Shown piece after piece: positions 43,684 to 57,070 of a stretch of 64,000 bases of DNA. This stretch comes from Azolla caroliniana (Eukaryota > Plantae > Polypodiophyta), in contig JBHGNT010000015.1 of the NCBI GenBank assembly GCA_043228905.1, forward strand, positions 18,290,001 to 18,354,000. Reading direction: 5' to 3'. The notes under the pieces are model-generated. The model saw only the letters and a list, made by a program, of their open reading frames with translations. It was not told the origin of the DNA and made no database searches. Position numbers and translations under genes: made by a program. Position 1 is the stretch's first letter. Each line of letters starts with the position of its first letter.

Positions 43684-46600
43684 ATGGAGCAGGCTGTGAC
43701 GAAGCACAAAGGCAACGTGGTCGTCGTCCTCGACTATGGCTCCCAGTACACCCACCTCATCACCCGTCGCATCCGACAGCTCGGCGTCTGCTCCGTCTGC
43801 CTCCCAGGAACCTCCCCCCTCCCAACCATAGCCTCCTTCTCGCCATCCCTCATCATCCTCTCTGGTGGCCCTCACTCTGTGCATGAAGAAGGCTCCCCTT
43901 CTCCCCCCCATGGCTTCTTTGATTTCACCATAGCCAACCACATAACCGTCCTTGGTATATGCTATGGCCTTCAGCTCATCGTTAAGCTTCTTGGAGGTTC
44001 CGTTACCTCCGCAGATAGACAAGAATATGGTCGTATGGACGTTTCTCCTGTCAATTGTAGCGGTGACGTTGACCATGTTGCTTCTCGTCTCTTTGATGAT
44101 CCGATGTTTTGCGTTAGGCAGTCTGTGTGGATGAGCCATGGTGACGAGGCGGTTAAGCTTCCGGAAGGCTTCTCAGTGGTTTGTAAGAGTGTCCAAGGAG
44201 CAATTGCAGCGATTGAGAACCCCGGTATTGGTGTCTATGGCCTCCAATTCCACCCCGAGGTCATTTATATTTGGAGTGTTTTTTATGTTCCTATGAGATA
44301 GAGAGGTAGATAATGATAAGAGTAAGGTACCTTGAAGGGCGGAGTGCTGGATGGATGCATAGAATGATCGGTAGTACATGGATAGAGTGGTAGATACCAA
44401 TGTATAGAGTGAGTGTTAGATAGGTAATATGTAGATAGAGTGGTAGATACTAATGAGTCAAGTGAGTGTTAGATAGCTAATATGTAGATAGAGTGGTAGA
44501 TACCAATGTATAGAGTGAGTGATAGATATACAGCACGTACATAGAGTAATGCAGTGGTAGATACTGATGCATAGATTCATGGATACAATCTGTCGGAAAG
44601 GTCTAATATGACCTATGAGATATTCAGTTTCACCCTGAGGTCTGAGTTTTCATGAATAAGCATATATGCATTGAATCCCAATGTAGTGTATATAGTTGCA
44701 TTTGGATCTGGGTGCATGGGTTAGTATAAACATGGTACCTCATTGGGGTTTAGCAGTAATGTTGAAAGACAGATAGATATTTTATTAACAACCCATAGGA
44801 GACTGAGAGAGAGAGAGTCATGTGCTGCTTTTTTCAAATGGGATGTGTATTTTTTTTGTAGGTCACACATACAGTACATGGCATGGCTATATTGAAGCAC
44901 ATCATCTTTAAGCTAAGCGGAGTAGTGGCAGATTGGAAGCTACAAGATGTTCTTAATGAACAACTAGAGTTAATCCAGTCCACAATTGGGGATACTGCGC
45001 ATGCCATTTGTGCACTCTCTGGGGGTGTTGATTCAACAGTTGCAGCAACAATTGTCCACAAAGCCATTGGAGACCGCCTTCATTGTGTATTTGTCGACAA
45101 TGGACTTTTGAGGTAGTTATCCATGCTTCTTGTATTTTCTGGACTTTGTTCTGTTATATACATGCAAACATATTGTTTTAATATGCAATCAATAATAGGG
45201 CTTAGTGCTGGGACGATTTACATGTAAATGGATTTGTGCATGCACCATTCTGACAGCTATGCTCTGGACATAAATCTTATATTGTAATAAGAAGTTGATA
45301 ATGACGCTACAGATATGTCCGTTTGCATTTGAGTTGGACAAGAAGATATACGGCATATAAGTATTATAAAGGGCTTTATCCGTGCACAACCTGTATGGTA
45401 GCCTTAGTCTTAGTCTCCAGACACAAGGCCTAGGGTTTCTATGAAGGGTTTAGTCCGTCCATATAATCTGCGCAGCCATAGTCCTTGATTTTTGTACACA
45501 AGGCTTTTATGGAATATGGATTTGCAAAGGTTTGTATTTGCACACAATAGAGGTGGCTATCGTTTTTGTTAAAGAAACATGCTTTTGGTTAAATCAGGTA
45601 TAAGGAAAGAGAACGCGTTATGTCTACATTCAATAATGATCTTCATTTACCTGTCACTTGTGTTGATGCTTCGGAGGAGTTTCTTAGCAAGCTGAAGGGT
45701 GTTACTGACCCAGAGGAGAAGCGGAAAATCATTGGAAGCGAGTTTATTCATGTATTTGATAAGTTCTCTGTAGGAATAGAGGAAAAGCTGGGTATCAAGC
45801 CAAGTTTTTTAGTCCAAGGTACATTGTATCCTGATGTTATTGAGTCATGCCCGCCCCCTGGTAGTGGTAAAGGGCACTCTCATACCATCAAAAGTCACCA
45901 TAATGTTGGGGGCCTGCCAAAGGATATGAAGTTGAAACTTGTTGAGCCTTTGAAGTGGCTTTTCAAGGATGAGGTATTTATTGTCTAGTTTTAAAAACTT
46001 GAAAGAAATCATAGAAACTCCTTTATTTTGTTTCACATCTCTCTCTCAAAATTTTCTATGGAGCTTTTGTTGTATAATTGCAGGTAAGGCGATTAGGAGA
46101 GCTTCTAAATGTTCCTCAAGGCTTCTTGAAGCGCCATCCATTTCCTGGTCCTGGATTAGCCGTTAGGATAATGGGGGATGTCACTCAAGGGGATGCTTTA
46201 GAAACATTACGTCAGGTAATAATCTATTGTGTTCATCCCCGAGAAATCATCCTGTAAATGTGGGTTTAATATGTTATTTATATGAGTGCCCTTTATAGTC
46301 ATTTTTGTGCTTCTTCTAACATTGTTCTCGGTTTTGCTTCTATATTTGAGGACTCCGATTAATAACATATCTACTGAGCTAAATCTCTACCTAAATAACC
46401 CAAGGTTTCATTATGAGTGTCAGTGTACTTTTGAACTCAGCACTGTTATCTGATTCATCTTTTTATTTTTTTGCTTGTAAATTGATGGTATTCGATGAAT
46501 GTTTGCAGGTAGATGAAATTTTTATCAATTCTTTGAAGGATGCTGGCCTTTATGATTCGATTTGGCAAGCATTCGCTGTATTTTTACCAGTGAAGACAGT

Positions 46601-47032
46601 AGGCGTACAAGGGGACCGTCGAAGTCACTCAAATGCTGTGGCATTGAGGGCGATCACTAGTGAAGATGGAATGACCGCTGACTGGTATACATATAGATGT
46701 ATCTATATATAGCTACATTTACACTTACATATAGACATGTCTATATATAAAAATATATACGAACATAGTAATTTACATACACATATAGCTACATAAACAA
46801 ACACACAGAAAAATATATACGTTTATATTATGCATGTGTCTACATAATATAGATCTATGAATATATTTCTGGAAGATGTTTTAAGAGTGTTTTGGTATTT
46901 TGTGACAGGTATCAGTTTGACCCAAAATTTCTCGCAGAAGTGTCAGGGAAAATATGCAACAGTGTCCGGGGCGTCAATAGAATTGTTTATGACATAACCT
47001 CGAAGCCTCCGGCAACGGTAGAGTGGGAATGA
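43684..47032 (+). CDS. GMPS: GMP synthase (glutamine-hydrolysing), ~544 aa, 6 exons: 43684-44259, 44862-45112, 45598-45973, 46084-46215, 46509-46684, 46909-47032
   Basis: LDYGSQY, GICYGLQ and QFHPE (class I GATase), SGGVDS (PP-loop), [16 protein letters not shown]-terminal KPPATVEWE. All junctions are GT-AG and in phase. Confidence 0.96.
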
Positions 47033-49629
47033 TAATTTACTCAGTATCTCGCACAAACAGTGAAAGCTCAGGAGAGTTTCCAGATAGTCTCATTCATGAC
47101 ATCTTACATTGTTTAACATAAAGGATTGAGGTTGTGTAAATGAATTCGCTATTCCTTTTTCCTTGTCCTGTTCACTTCTTGCAACACATAAAAACTTCCT
47201 TCGAGAGCCATATTGTCTGAAAACTCTCATATGAGCTTATTGGGTTAATCAATGACGATTATGTGGAAAGTATGTTATGCTTGTCAGTTTGGAGGGTACA
47301 GGTATTCTCATCCATTCATTCATTTCTTATTCAATGTCACATTAAGTTATCATATCTTGTTATCCACCAGAAACTTGTCCTTGTGACATGCAACTTATCA
47401 ACATATTTTCGCTACACATATTGGTCAGAGTGTAAAGCTTTAGACTGCCATCAATGTGAGTGCACTTTAACCTCGAAGAGCATAACATTGTGAAGTGGTC
47501 CAGTACAATCTTCATACATGGTGCTTCTATGCATGCATGTATGGTAGTCTATCCCATAGTATGAACCATACACATCATACGTGCATTCCCATTCGAGTAT
47601 GTTTCAATAATTCGAGTACGGTAAACACCCTTGAAGTTATTATAAGGTAAAACGTTTGTATTCATTATTATTATAAGGTAAAACATTTTTTTTTTAAGGC
47701 AAGAAAGTTAAGGTAAAAAATGTAAAAACAAAACATAGGCATGATTTTATAACATACACATTCGTAATGAATATTTGCAAATGCATTTGAGTATGTTATG
47801 TACTATTGTGTATCCTAGTTTTCTTTAGTATCTAAACCTGCTATCATTCTTCTGGATAGAATGACTTGGGTGTCATTCTTGTACTACAATGATGACAATT
47901 CTCTGCTTTTATAGTTTATTTTTGCGGAGTGATTCTTGGAGAATAATAATCCCATACAGGTTGAGAACTTATCAGTTTGAGAAATATAGCAATTTTTTAA
48001 TGGATAACTAAAATAAAAAGAGGTTCTGTATAAAGATTGTGGATGCTTTAAAGATACTACAAGGAGTTTCCACCCAAATCTTAGTGGGTTGCATATTGTT
48101 TTCCTTTGTTGTTAGTGTATGTTTGCTAACTCTTCGAATGTAACACAAAAGTCATTGAATAAACTATACCAAATTGTGTGTGCAATTAATAGATCTTATG
48201 ATGAAACCTGAAAATAATAGCAATATGAACAATTAATGTGCTACGACATCCAACGTACACACTTGAGGCTTTTAACAAAAATGTGAAACATCGACATACT
48301 ACTTATCTATGTCATTACATGTACGTGGAAATAAAAAGCGATTTAATGTAGAGATCCAGCAAAAAAGGTATTAACAGGACATGCCATATTTCATCAAGTA
48401 TTTTGAAATGCCAAGTTTATACATGTATATTTGGGTTTTGGTTCCCTTCCAATATACCCTCGTCAACATCAATTTGGCACATATCCATCCACCTTCATTC
48501 TTTTTTTGAATGAATAAAGCATGATTGATGAAGAAAAGGGAAAGTTCTCCACGTATCTTGGCTATTTACACCACATGATGTGTCAAGCTTCCTCGCAACC
48601 CTTCTCATTCATATCCCCCATTCCCAGCAAGCGCAAATGTTGCAATAGGTGACACATATTGCATTGCTATGTTAGCAACTTTTTTTTCTTTCAAAAAGAT
48701 ATCCTTTCATTAGTATAAACAATTTACATGCTTTTGATTCCTATGTGATTGACGAAGGAAATAACCATTTTGGTGGGTAAAAGTGCCATAAAGGAGTGCC
48801 ATTCTTGGAGGTCATAAGTGGAGTGGTTGTCCACGAAGTACGAAACTGATGGTGTTGAGCGGCTTTATCGTCAGAATCTTCAACAATACAATCCCATTGA
48901 CCCTTCAAAGTATGAACCATGTCGAATATGTTAGCATCTTTTGACATACATCGAGTTAATAATCTCATTAATTGTATGCTCATGGGCTGATTTGCTGCCA
49001 TGTCGGCAACAAATCAGCATCAGTTTGTCAATAGATTGCAACAGTAGATATGTAATTGCATGTTTCAACAAACAACTAGTTAAGTAAGTAACGAGGGCGA
49101 TGTTTTGGCGAGTATAAACACTTGATAGGAATATGCACGGCCTCCGATTTTGTAGATGTGTGAGCATTGTTCAACAAAGTTGTGCGAGTTACGGGTTAAG
49201 GTTTCATAAATCACCACCCGAGGCTACGTGCCATGGTTCCATTAATCAAGCACTTCAACGTAAAACTCAAACAAGGAACACACACAAACACATTACATAT
49301 AATTTACAGCCCTACAAGGAACACACACACTATAATTTACAAGACCTATAAGGGGCAAAAAAAGTGTCTGCTCTGTTTTAAGGAGCTGCTTTTTCTCTTT
49401 ACTTTTTTAGCTACTCTGTTTTTCTCTCTTCTCTCTTCTTCTTCTTCTTTTTATGTGTGTGTTTTTTTCTATTACTCTTGTTTCTTCTTCCCTGCTCTGC
49501 CTTTGAATAACCTGTCTTTCTGTCTTTCTTATCTACTGTTCTTTTGTTTCTGTATGTTTCCACCATAAAAGTCAGAAGGAAGGAAGAAATTCTCTCTTCC
49601 TCTCCCCCCTCCCTCTTCTCTTCACAGCT

Positions 49630-52600
49630 ATGGCTTCTCCTACCCTGCTCCCCTCTGTTCCTTCAGCTCACAGATTCAATGAAGTAGCTCTTCTGGCTTA
49701 TCTTCAAGATACAGTTGTAGGATTTCCTCCTCCCCCTGCTACGATCAGAGTATCCCAGGTGATCCCAAATCTCTTTACCGAAGTCTTTCTTTTCCTTTTC
49801 TCTTCGTTTTTTACCTTCATCCGTTCTATATATTCAGCTTTTTGGATCAACACAAACACTGCACACACAGACACCCTTAACATAATCAAAGAAAACAATC
49901 ATGAACGATCAAAAAAACCAAAGAATCAAAGATGTTATTATTTTTACTCAGGATTTGTTAATGCTATATGCCAATGAATACACAATCGACGAATCAATGA
50001 ATGATAGAATCAAACATGTTAAGCTGGATGCGTAATTTGTTAATGTTTAGAGGGTATCTAAATGTCTGGGATAATCCCATATTTGTCGATTCAGAGACCT
50101 ATGAAAGATATGTATTTCGATCTACAATTAATAATGTTTGATGGGTTTCTAATGAATGATCCTATATTTAACGAGTCAGAGATGTAAGATATTTTTAAAC
50201 ATATGAAGTTTGATGCATACTTGGTTAATTTTTAGAGGGTTTGTAATGAAGTTTGACAAGTTCTATTTTTGTTTTAGCTATCAATTATGAGATTTTTCAC
50301 CATGTAGCACTTAACTCTATCTTCGCATACTGACCAAATTTTAAAGGATAAGAGCATACCAAATTTCTTCTTTTAGATATTAACGTCAAGAAAAAAGATA
50401 AATATTTCAAGTATATCTAACAGATTTCAAATTACTAGAGCGTACCATATTTTGTTGGCTTATCATATAATGTAGAGACAAATATCTGATTGTCTATGAT
50501 ATATATTTAGACCTTTTCAATATAAATACTAACGTATCATATTTGAGTTTTGATACAGTTTGGACATGGACAATCAAACCCTACGTTCTTGCTTGAAGTG
50601 GAATATAATAGCAATATTTCTCGTTATGTACTTCGTAAAAAGCCTCCTGGAAAGCTGTTGCAATCAGCACATGCAATAGAAAGAGAGTATCAGGTAGTCA
50701 TTATCTTAATCTCATCATCAATGATTTTTTTTTTTCTCTTTTCTTATTCATAATGAGATCTATGTTACATTAGGTGATTGCTGCATTAGGTGCTAAAACA
50801 GATGTTCCAGTGCCCAAGGTCTATTGTATCTGCAATGATTCAAGCATTATTGGTACCCCTTTCTATGTGATGGAGTTTATGCAGGGGCGTATATTCACAG
50901 ACCCTGGTTTGAAGGTACTTCTAACAACAAACGTTGCAATGTTATTTTGGACAACTATGTTTTGCATTGCAGATGGTTAATTGTTTTGGCACGTTGTATA
51001 GGATTTGAATCCTGGTGAACGATCAAGAATATATAGTGCCATTACTAAAACATTAGCTTCAATTCATAAAGCAAATGTTGATGCTATTGGGTTGAGCAAG
51101 TATGGACGCAAAGAAAATTATTGCAGACGGCAGGTTTACCATCACTTTTTACCTTCTTATTTTTTGTCTTGCCTGGCAATTAAGTTTTCATGTTAAATTA
51201 TACTTTTTGTCTGAACACTTATTGGCATATATGGTATCTTTTCTAGGTTGAAAGATGGTCTAAACAATATTTGGCTTCGGCAGGCGAAGGGAAATCTAGT
51301 CTTGACTCTGCTATGTTAAATCTCATATCATGGTTGAAGGAACATATCCCTGCTGAAGATGGGCAAATAGGATTCAGGACTGGTCTTGTCCATGGGGATT
51401 TTCGAATAGACAATCTTGTTTTCCATCCGATCGAGGTTTAACTTTTCATTTTCTTAGAGAAAAAGATGTTGTTTTGAAATGGAGCCTGTCCCATTTTGCC
51501 TCCTTTTTTACTTCTGAATAATATCCCTTTTTTTATCATGTTCTTGCTCCTCAATGATATCTGGCATATTTAATCTCTTTTGTTTGCTTCAGAATGAAAT
51601 TATCCTGCCATATTTGATCCCTTTTAATTTTTAATTTTGCTTCTCTGAAATGATATCGTCGATTTTTATCTCTTTGTTTCTCTTTCTTCCCCAGGCACGT
51701 GTCATCGCAGTCTTAGATTGGGAGCTCTCAACATTGGGTAACCAAATGTCAGATCTTGCCTATAGTTGCTTGGTAACTTCAAAATTGATCACTTATTCTG
51801 CATATTTTTTGCTAGTTTTAATTTTCTTCCTCAAGATAAGCTAACCTTTCTGCCGAAACAAATCTACAGCCTTATGTTATCAACAATAATGAGAGTCCAG
51901 GACCTTCTTTTTATGGTTTTAGTGGTGGATCTACACCTGAAGGCATTCCACCTCAAGAACAATACCTTGCAGATTACTGTGCTGCTGCAGTAAGTATTCG
52001 AGAATGCATAAATGTTCCTCTAAGAAACTTGGTTTTTCTTATACCTAGCCTTATCTATTTGTTTTTGTGGCTGATCTTGAAGGGAGTGCCTTGGCCAGGA
52101 GATACTTTTAAATTTTATGTAGCTCTCTCGCTCTTCCGTTTAGCTGCCATTTCAGCTGGGGTGTACTTACGATATTTACAAGTAAGTTCTATGAAGCTTC
52201 TTAACTCTAGAAACTGAATATGTTTATGTGTCTTTCTCTTTTTATCTATCTCTTTTAAGTTTATCAAACAGACACTCATTAAGTATTTCTTGATTGAACT
52301 TGTGAAAAATTAACAGCATGTATGCTGATATTCTATATGGATATCACAGTTTATACATATATTGTGTCACATGTAGAAGGAAATCAACCATAGGGGCATT
52401 AGGAATACTTACGTTATTACCTGGAATCTTACATATTGATAATTGTTTCATGAAATGGGGATATTTGAACTTCTAGATTGCTGCCATTTCATTATCCTTT
52501 TGAAATTGTGTTTGCTCTAACTAAAGTTTACTTGCTTACATGGCCGAATAATGGATAAAATTGTACAAATTCAAATTTTTTTACTATTATCCATTTTGGA

Positions 52601-55163
52601 TGATCTAGGAAGATTGTGCTATTTTATATAATGTCTTTTATCTTCCAGCTATAAAATGCTGTATTCCCATCATTGGATTCTATATAATTTGCTTGTGTAT
52701 GTCAGGTTCTAGTAATAGTAGGTATATTAGGTTTCCATATCCCGGGCTTGTAAACATCTTTTTCTTTACATAATCAACTTACCCTAGTGGTGAACTATTA
52801 GATTATCAACATAAGGCTTTGAGTTCAAAGGCTGACTTTCACGCATCTTCATTACACCATATATTTTTTCCTGATTTACTACTGTCTTTGACAGGGTAAT
52901 GCATCCGGAGGCAAAGGTACAGAAGCTGCTGGTGCATTTTCACGTTACCTCACTGCTCTTGCCATGAAGATCATAGAACAGAACTCCTTGATTCCACCAA
53001 TGCCGCCTCAGCGAGAATCAGGTACGAATCCCCAAATGCAAAACCCATTTTGTAGGGCAGAACATCTGACAATGAAAATAAATCTGATCAGTTCTATAAT
53101 AAACATATGCAGGAGGTGCACAGACATCTGGTACAGAGATGATGGATTTAAGGGGATTTGGACCTTCTGCTAGGGTTGAAATTCTAATAAAAAAACTACA
53201 TAAGTTCATGGATGTCTTTATCTATCCTAATGAAGCAAAACTAATGGCACGTGCCAATTCAAATGAGCGCTGGACCATACATCCACTTGAGGAGGAGCTT
53301 AAAGCAAAGGCCAAGGCAGAAGGCCTTTGGAATTTATGGATACCAGTAAGCTTTAAATGTGGCGTCTCTCTTTTAAAATGATCTCTTGTAAGTTTTTTTT
53401 CCCCAATTAAAACAACTGTTCTTGCAGGTTGACAGTGCAGCACTAGCATCAAAAGTATTGTCTGTTCATGGAAAACATGAAGGAAATCTTCTTGGAGCTG
53501 GGTTGAGTAATCTTGAGTATGCACATTTATGTGAGATAATGGGACATTCCCTGTTAGCACCACAAATCTTTAATTGCAATGCTCCTGATACAGGCAACAT
53601 GGAGGTAAGACTGAGATTTTCAGGAATTTGTTTGGTTACTAGGTGCTATATGACATATTTCCATAATATATAGGTTCTTCTGAGATATGGAAGCCCAGAA
53701 CAACAAAGGACTTGGTTAAAGCCATTGTTGGAAGGTACCATTCGGTCTGGATTTGCTATGACAGAGCCGGATGTGGCATCCTCAGATGCAACAAACATTG
53801 AATGCTCCATCCAAAGGTCAGTATGCATATTCTTTCTTGCTTGGAAATGAAAATATTTTCATAAAGATTGTGCAAAGTCATTAGGTTTCTTGTGCAATTA
53901 CCAGACAAGGAGACGTTTATGTCATTAACGGACATAAGTGGTGGACTAGTGGGGCCATGGATCCACGATGCAAATTATTGATTGTAATGGTGAGTAAAGG
54001 TTCCTTTTTTACCAGCTTTTCAAAACTTTATTGTGTTTTAATTTCACCATAAGTTGGTTATTATGTTTGAGAAACAGGGTAAGACTGATAGAACAGCTGC
54101 ACTACACAAGCAACAATCCATGATCTTGGTGACAAAAGATGCTCCTGGTGTTCAAATAGTTAGACCATTAACTGTATTTGGCTACGATGATGCTCCTCAT
54201 GGTCATGCCGAGATTGTGTTTAACAATGTCCGTGTGCCAGCAACAAACATTCTTCTTGGAGAAGGTCGTGGTTTTGAGATTGCCCAGGTATTCTTCTTGG
54301 ATAATGTACATGTAGTGTTCATATATAAAGAGAATTATATGTATCAATGACATGTCTTACAACCAGGGAAGGCTAGGTCCAGGAAGGCTCCACCATTGTA
54401 TGCGTCTTGTTGGGGCTGCAGAACGTGGAATTGAGCTAATGAAAAAAAGAGCTTTGGAGAGGGTTGCCTTCAAACGACCTCTAGCTTTTCATGGAGCTTT
54501 TGCGGCATTGCTTGCTGAGGTGCGAGGCAATAAAAAACTTACCAAGGGATAAAAACACCAAAAAATACTCCTAACTTGTTGCCTCTAGAGAGGTGTATTC
54601 CTGTAAATATCCAACAAGTTATGGATACTTTTTATTGTTTGCCCTAATAATAGCCACCAATATCACTTTCTTATCTGATTCTATGTGTAAATTAAATTTG
54701 ATACGAATATTTCCTTTCTTTTTGCCAAGTGCCGTTTGGAGATCGAGCAATCAAAATTGCTTGTGCTAAATGCAGCCAACCAGCTTGATCTTCATGGGAA
54801 TGTGGTAGCAAGAGGAGCAATTGCTATGGCGAAGGTAAATTTTTGATAGGGTAGTTTTATATAAGTGTCAAGTTTGCACTTTGTATTCACTCATAAAGCA
54901 CTAAAAGCATAACCAGAGTCTCTTTACATACTTGTAATTGAAAATGATATGGATCTTTGTAATTTTTCTAGGTAGCGGCTCCTCGTATGGCATTGAAAGT
55001 ACTTGATGCTGCCATACAGACACATGGTGCAGCTGGAGTAAGTTCTGATTTTGTGTTAGCATACTTATGGGCAGCTGCTCGGACACTTCGGATTGCTGAT
55101 GGTCCCGATGAAGTACATCTCCAAACTATAGCAAAGATCGAGTTGAAAAAAGCAAAGTTGTAG
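49630..55163 (+). CDS. IBR3: IBR3/ACAD10-11-like acyl-CoA dehydrogenase with N-terminal APH kinase-like domain, ~815 aa, 17 exons: 49630-49758, 50559-50693, 50774-50914, 51002-51133, 51247-51435, 51695-51772, 51870-51989, 52083-52181, 52895-53021, 53113-53345, 53428-53604, 53674-53816, 53905-53989, 54078-54287, 54367-54519, 54730-54834, 54972-55163
   Basis: [77 protein letters not shown]-terminal AKL is a PTS1 peroxisomal signal. Exon phases sum to an intact ORF. Confidence 0.95.
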
Positions 55164-55699
55164 GCTTCTTGGGTCGATGCAATTCATCTCCTTGTTTATA
55201 TAACACGCATGGATATAAGGCTTCTCTTTCTTCTCCACAAATAGATATGGAGAATTGCTGAATAAAACTGAAGTATTCGCAGTGGAGTAGGCTCACACTC
55301 ATAGTTATAATACAACTTCATGTTGGAAATATAGTTTTGATTCTAAGGAGATATTCTTCACCTCTTCGTGTAATGTTTATGTGGGGGATGGATCAGGAAA
55401 AATCGGTCACGTCCAAATGCCCTATAACAATAAGTGATTTTCTCCAAGGAACACCCATCCTAAGCTTGAGAGATACCTAACATTAAATAGAGCTGAGTAG
55501 TTGCAGATTATAATGATTTGTAGACAAAAAATTTCTAGCATCAAAGAATGTTAGATATTCTATAGGACATCCCTTCAATATTTCCAAATACCTTACTAAC
55601 TTCCACTTCTTACTGGCTTTATTTACATCTCAATAGTAGTATTTGAGATCAGATTTCCTTCCTCTATGAAGCCATGTAGGGGTTTGACTTGTGGACCAT

Positions 55700-57070
55700 A
55701 TGCTACCACATGCTTTTATGACACTCAGACAAAAACATCATCTGATTCAACACCTTGATGTTGCATTTCTCGGAAAAACTCAAAATTGAGAATACCATAT
55801 CCTGATCTGGAATGTCCAGTTGGGCATATGATCAAACACTCTTCATGCATTTTCTGTATCCCAATTGGGCATATCAAGTTATCATTGCACACGATGATTT
55901 CTCACTCAAATGTTATTGAACACTCGTACATTCTCTATGTCCTGATTGGGCATATCAAGTTATGAATCATGATTGCACCCCTCGATACCATATCTCACTT
56001 GTTTTTCATTGAACACTCCTTGTGCATTTTATATACTTCCTCATTTCGCATACCTGTGTATAAGTGCACATTTTCATGTGTATCCGACTCAAATCCATGG
56101 TTTTGTATTTGCATGTGTGCAGTCCTCCCTTTTTCTGTGGACCTTATGTTGCTACATGGTTTGAGTATACATGCAAACCTTACCTTTACAGGCTCAATAA
56201 CTTCACATTGATATTGATTAAACAGTTTAAGAACTGTTCTCTCTACATTTTCTGTTGGCATTGCATTCCATGTTATACTAATGAATTGTCAAAGATTATG
56301 AAATGGACTCCTGGCTTCTCCATTCAAAACAATCAGGCTATTTTAGGATACTCTATTCAGCTAGAAGCCTACCTTTGATAATATCATGAAATATAAGCCT
56401 ATCTTCTTCAACAGCTATTATGTGACCCACAAGTTTTCAAAGTGCCCAGAACACAATCCTGTGTGGCTTAATAGCTGCGCATTAGTCCAAAGACGTGGAC
56501 AGTTAGTCCAATTTTATGTTGAGGGCATAGGCTAATCATGGCACCCCATCATAGAACATTAGGGTTTTCCAAAGGTTCCAATATGTTATATGCCTCATGT
56601 ATGCTTCCATATTCAGCTCAGCGTAAACATCAACAAAAGTACTCACTCCCTAATGCATCTTGAATAACTCAATGATGACGATTCAGGATTGTTGTATGGA
56701 AGATTCATTTGTATTATTATTACAAGCTTTCAATATCAACAAGAATGTGCCCTGCTGGCTAGGCTTGGTGTTATGTTTCTCTTCCATTACATAGGGCAAG
56801 AACAGAGCATATCTGTTTCCTCGTGATTCTGCAAATGCTGAGATAATGGTATTCCATGGGTCCTTAACCCAATTAAAAGATTAAAAGAAAGGCATGTATG
56901 GAAGATTCATTTGTAGTATTACAAGCATTTAGTATCAACAAGAATGTGTCCTGCTGACTAGGCTTGGTGTTATGCATCTCTTCCATAACATAGGACAAAA
57001 ACAGCGCATATCCGCATCCTCCTGATTCTGCAAATGCTAAGATAATGGCATTCCACATTCCATATACATA
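55700..57070 (-). pseudogene. Highly decayed PLS-class PPR gene relic
   Basis: WNAIILAFAESG...ALFL...M...KP...TFLLILNAC occurs twice (~200-bp duplication at 56692-57055). Also LKLFNQ.QCE.IEP.KV.FACILKPC...GRTAHMQIQNHGFESD, and RVFDHMP near 55830. Many stops; boundaries approximate. Confidence 0.75.

Noticed and set aside
47700-49350. Short ORFs between GMPS and IBR3
   Set aside because: No recognisable domain or consistent exon structure. It could be decayed sequence, but I cannot support a call.
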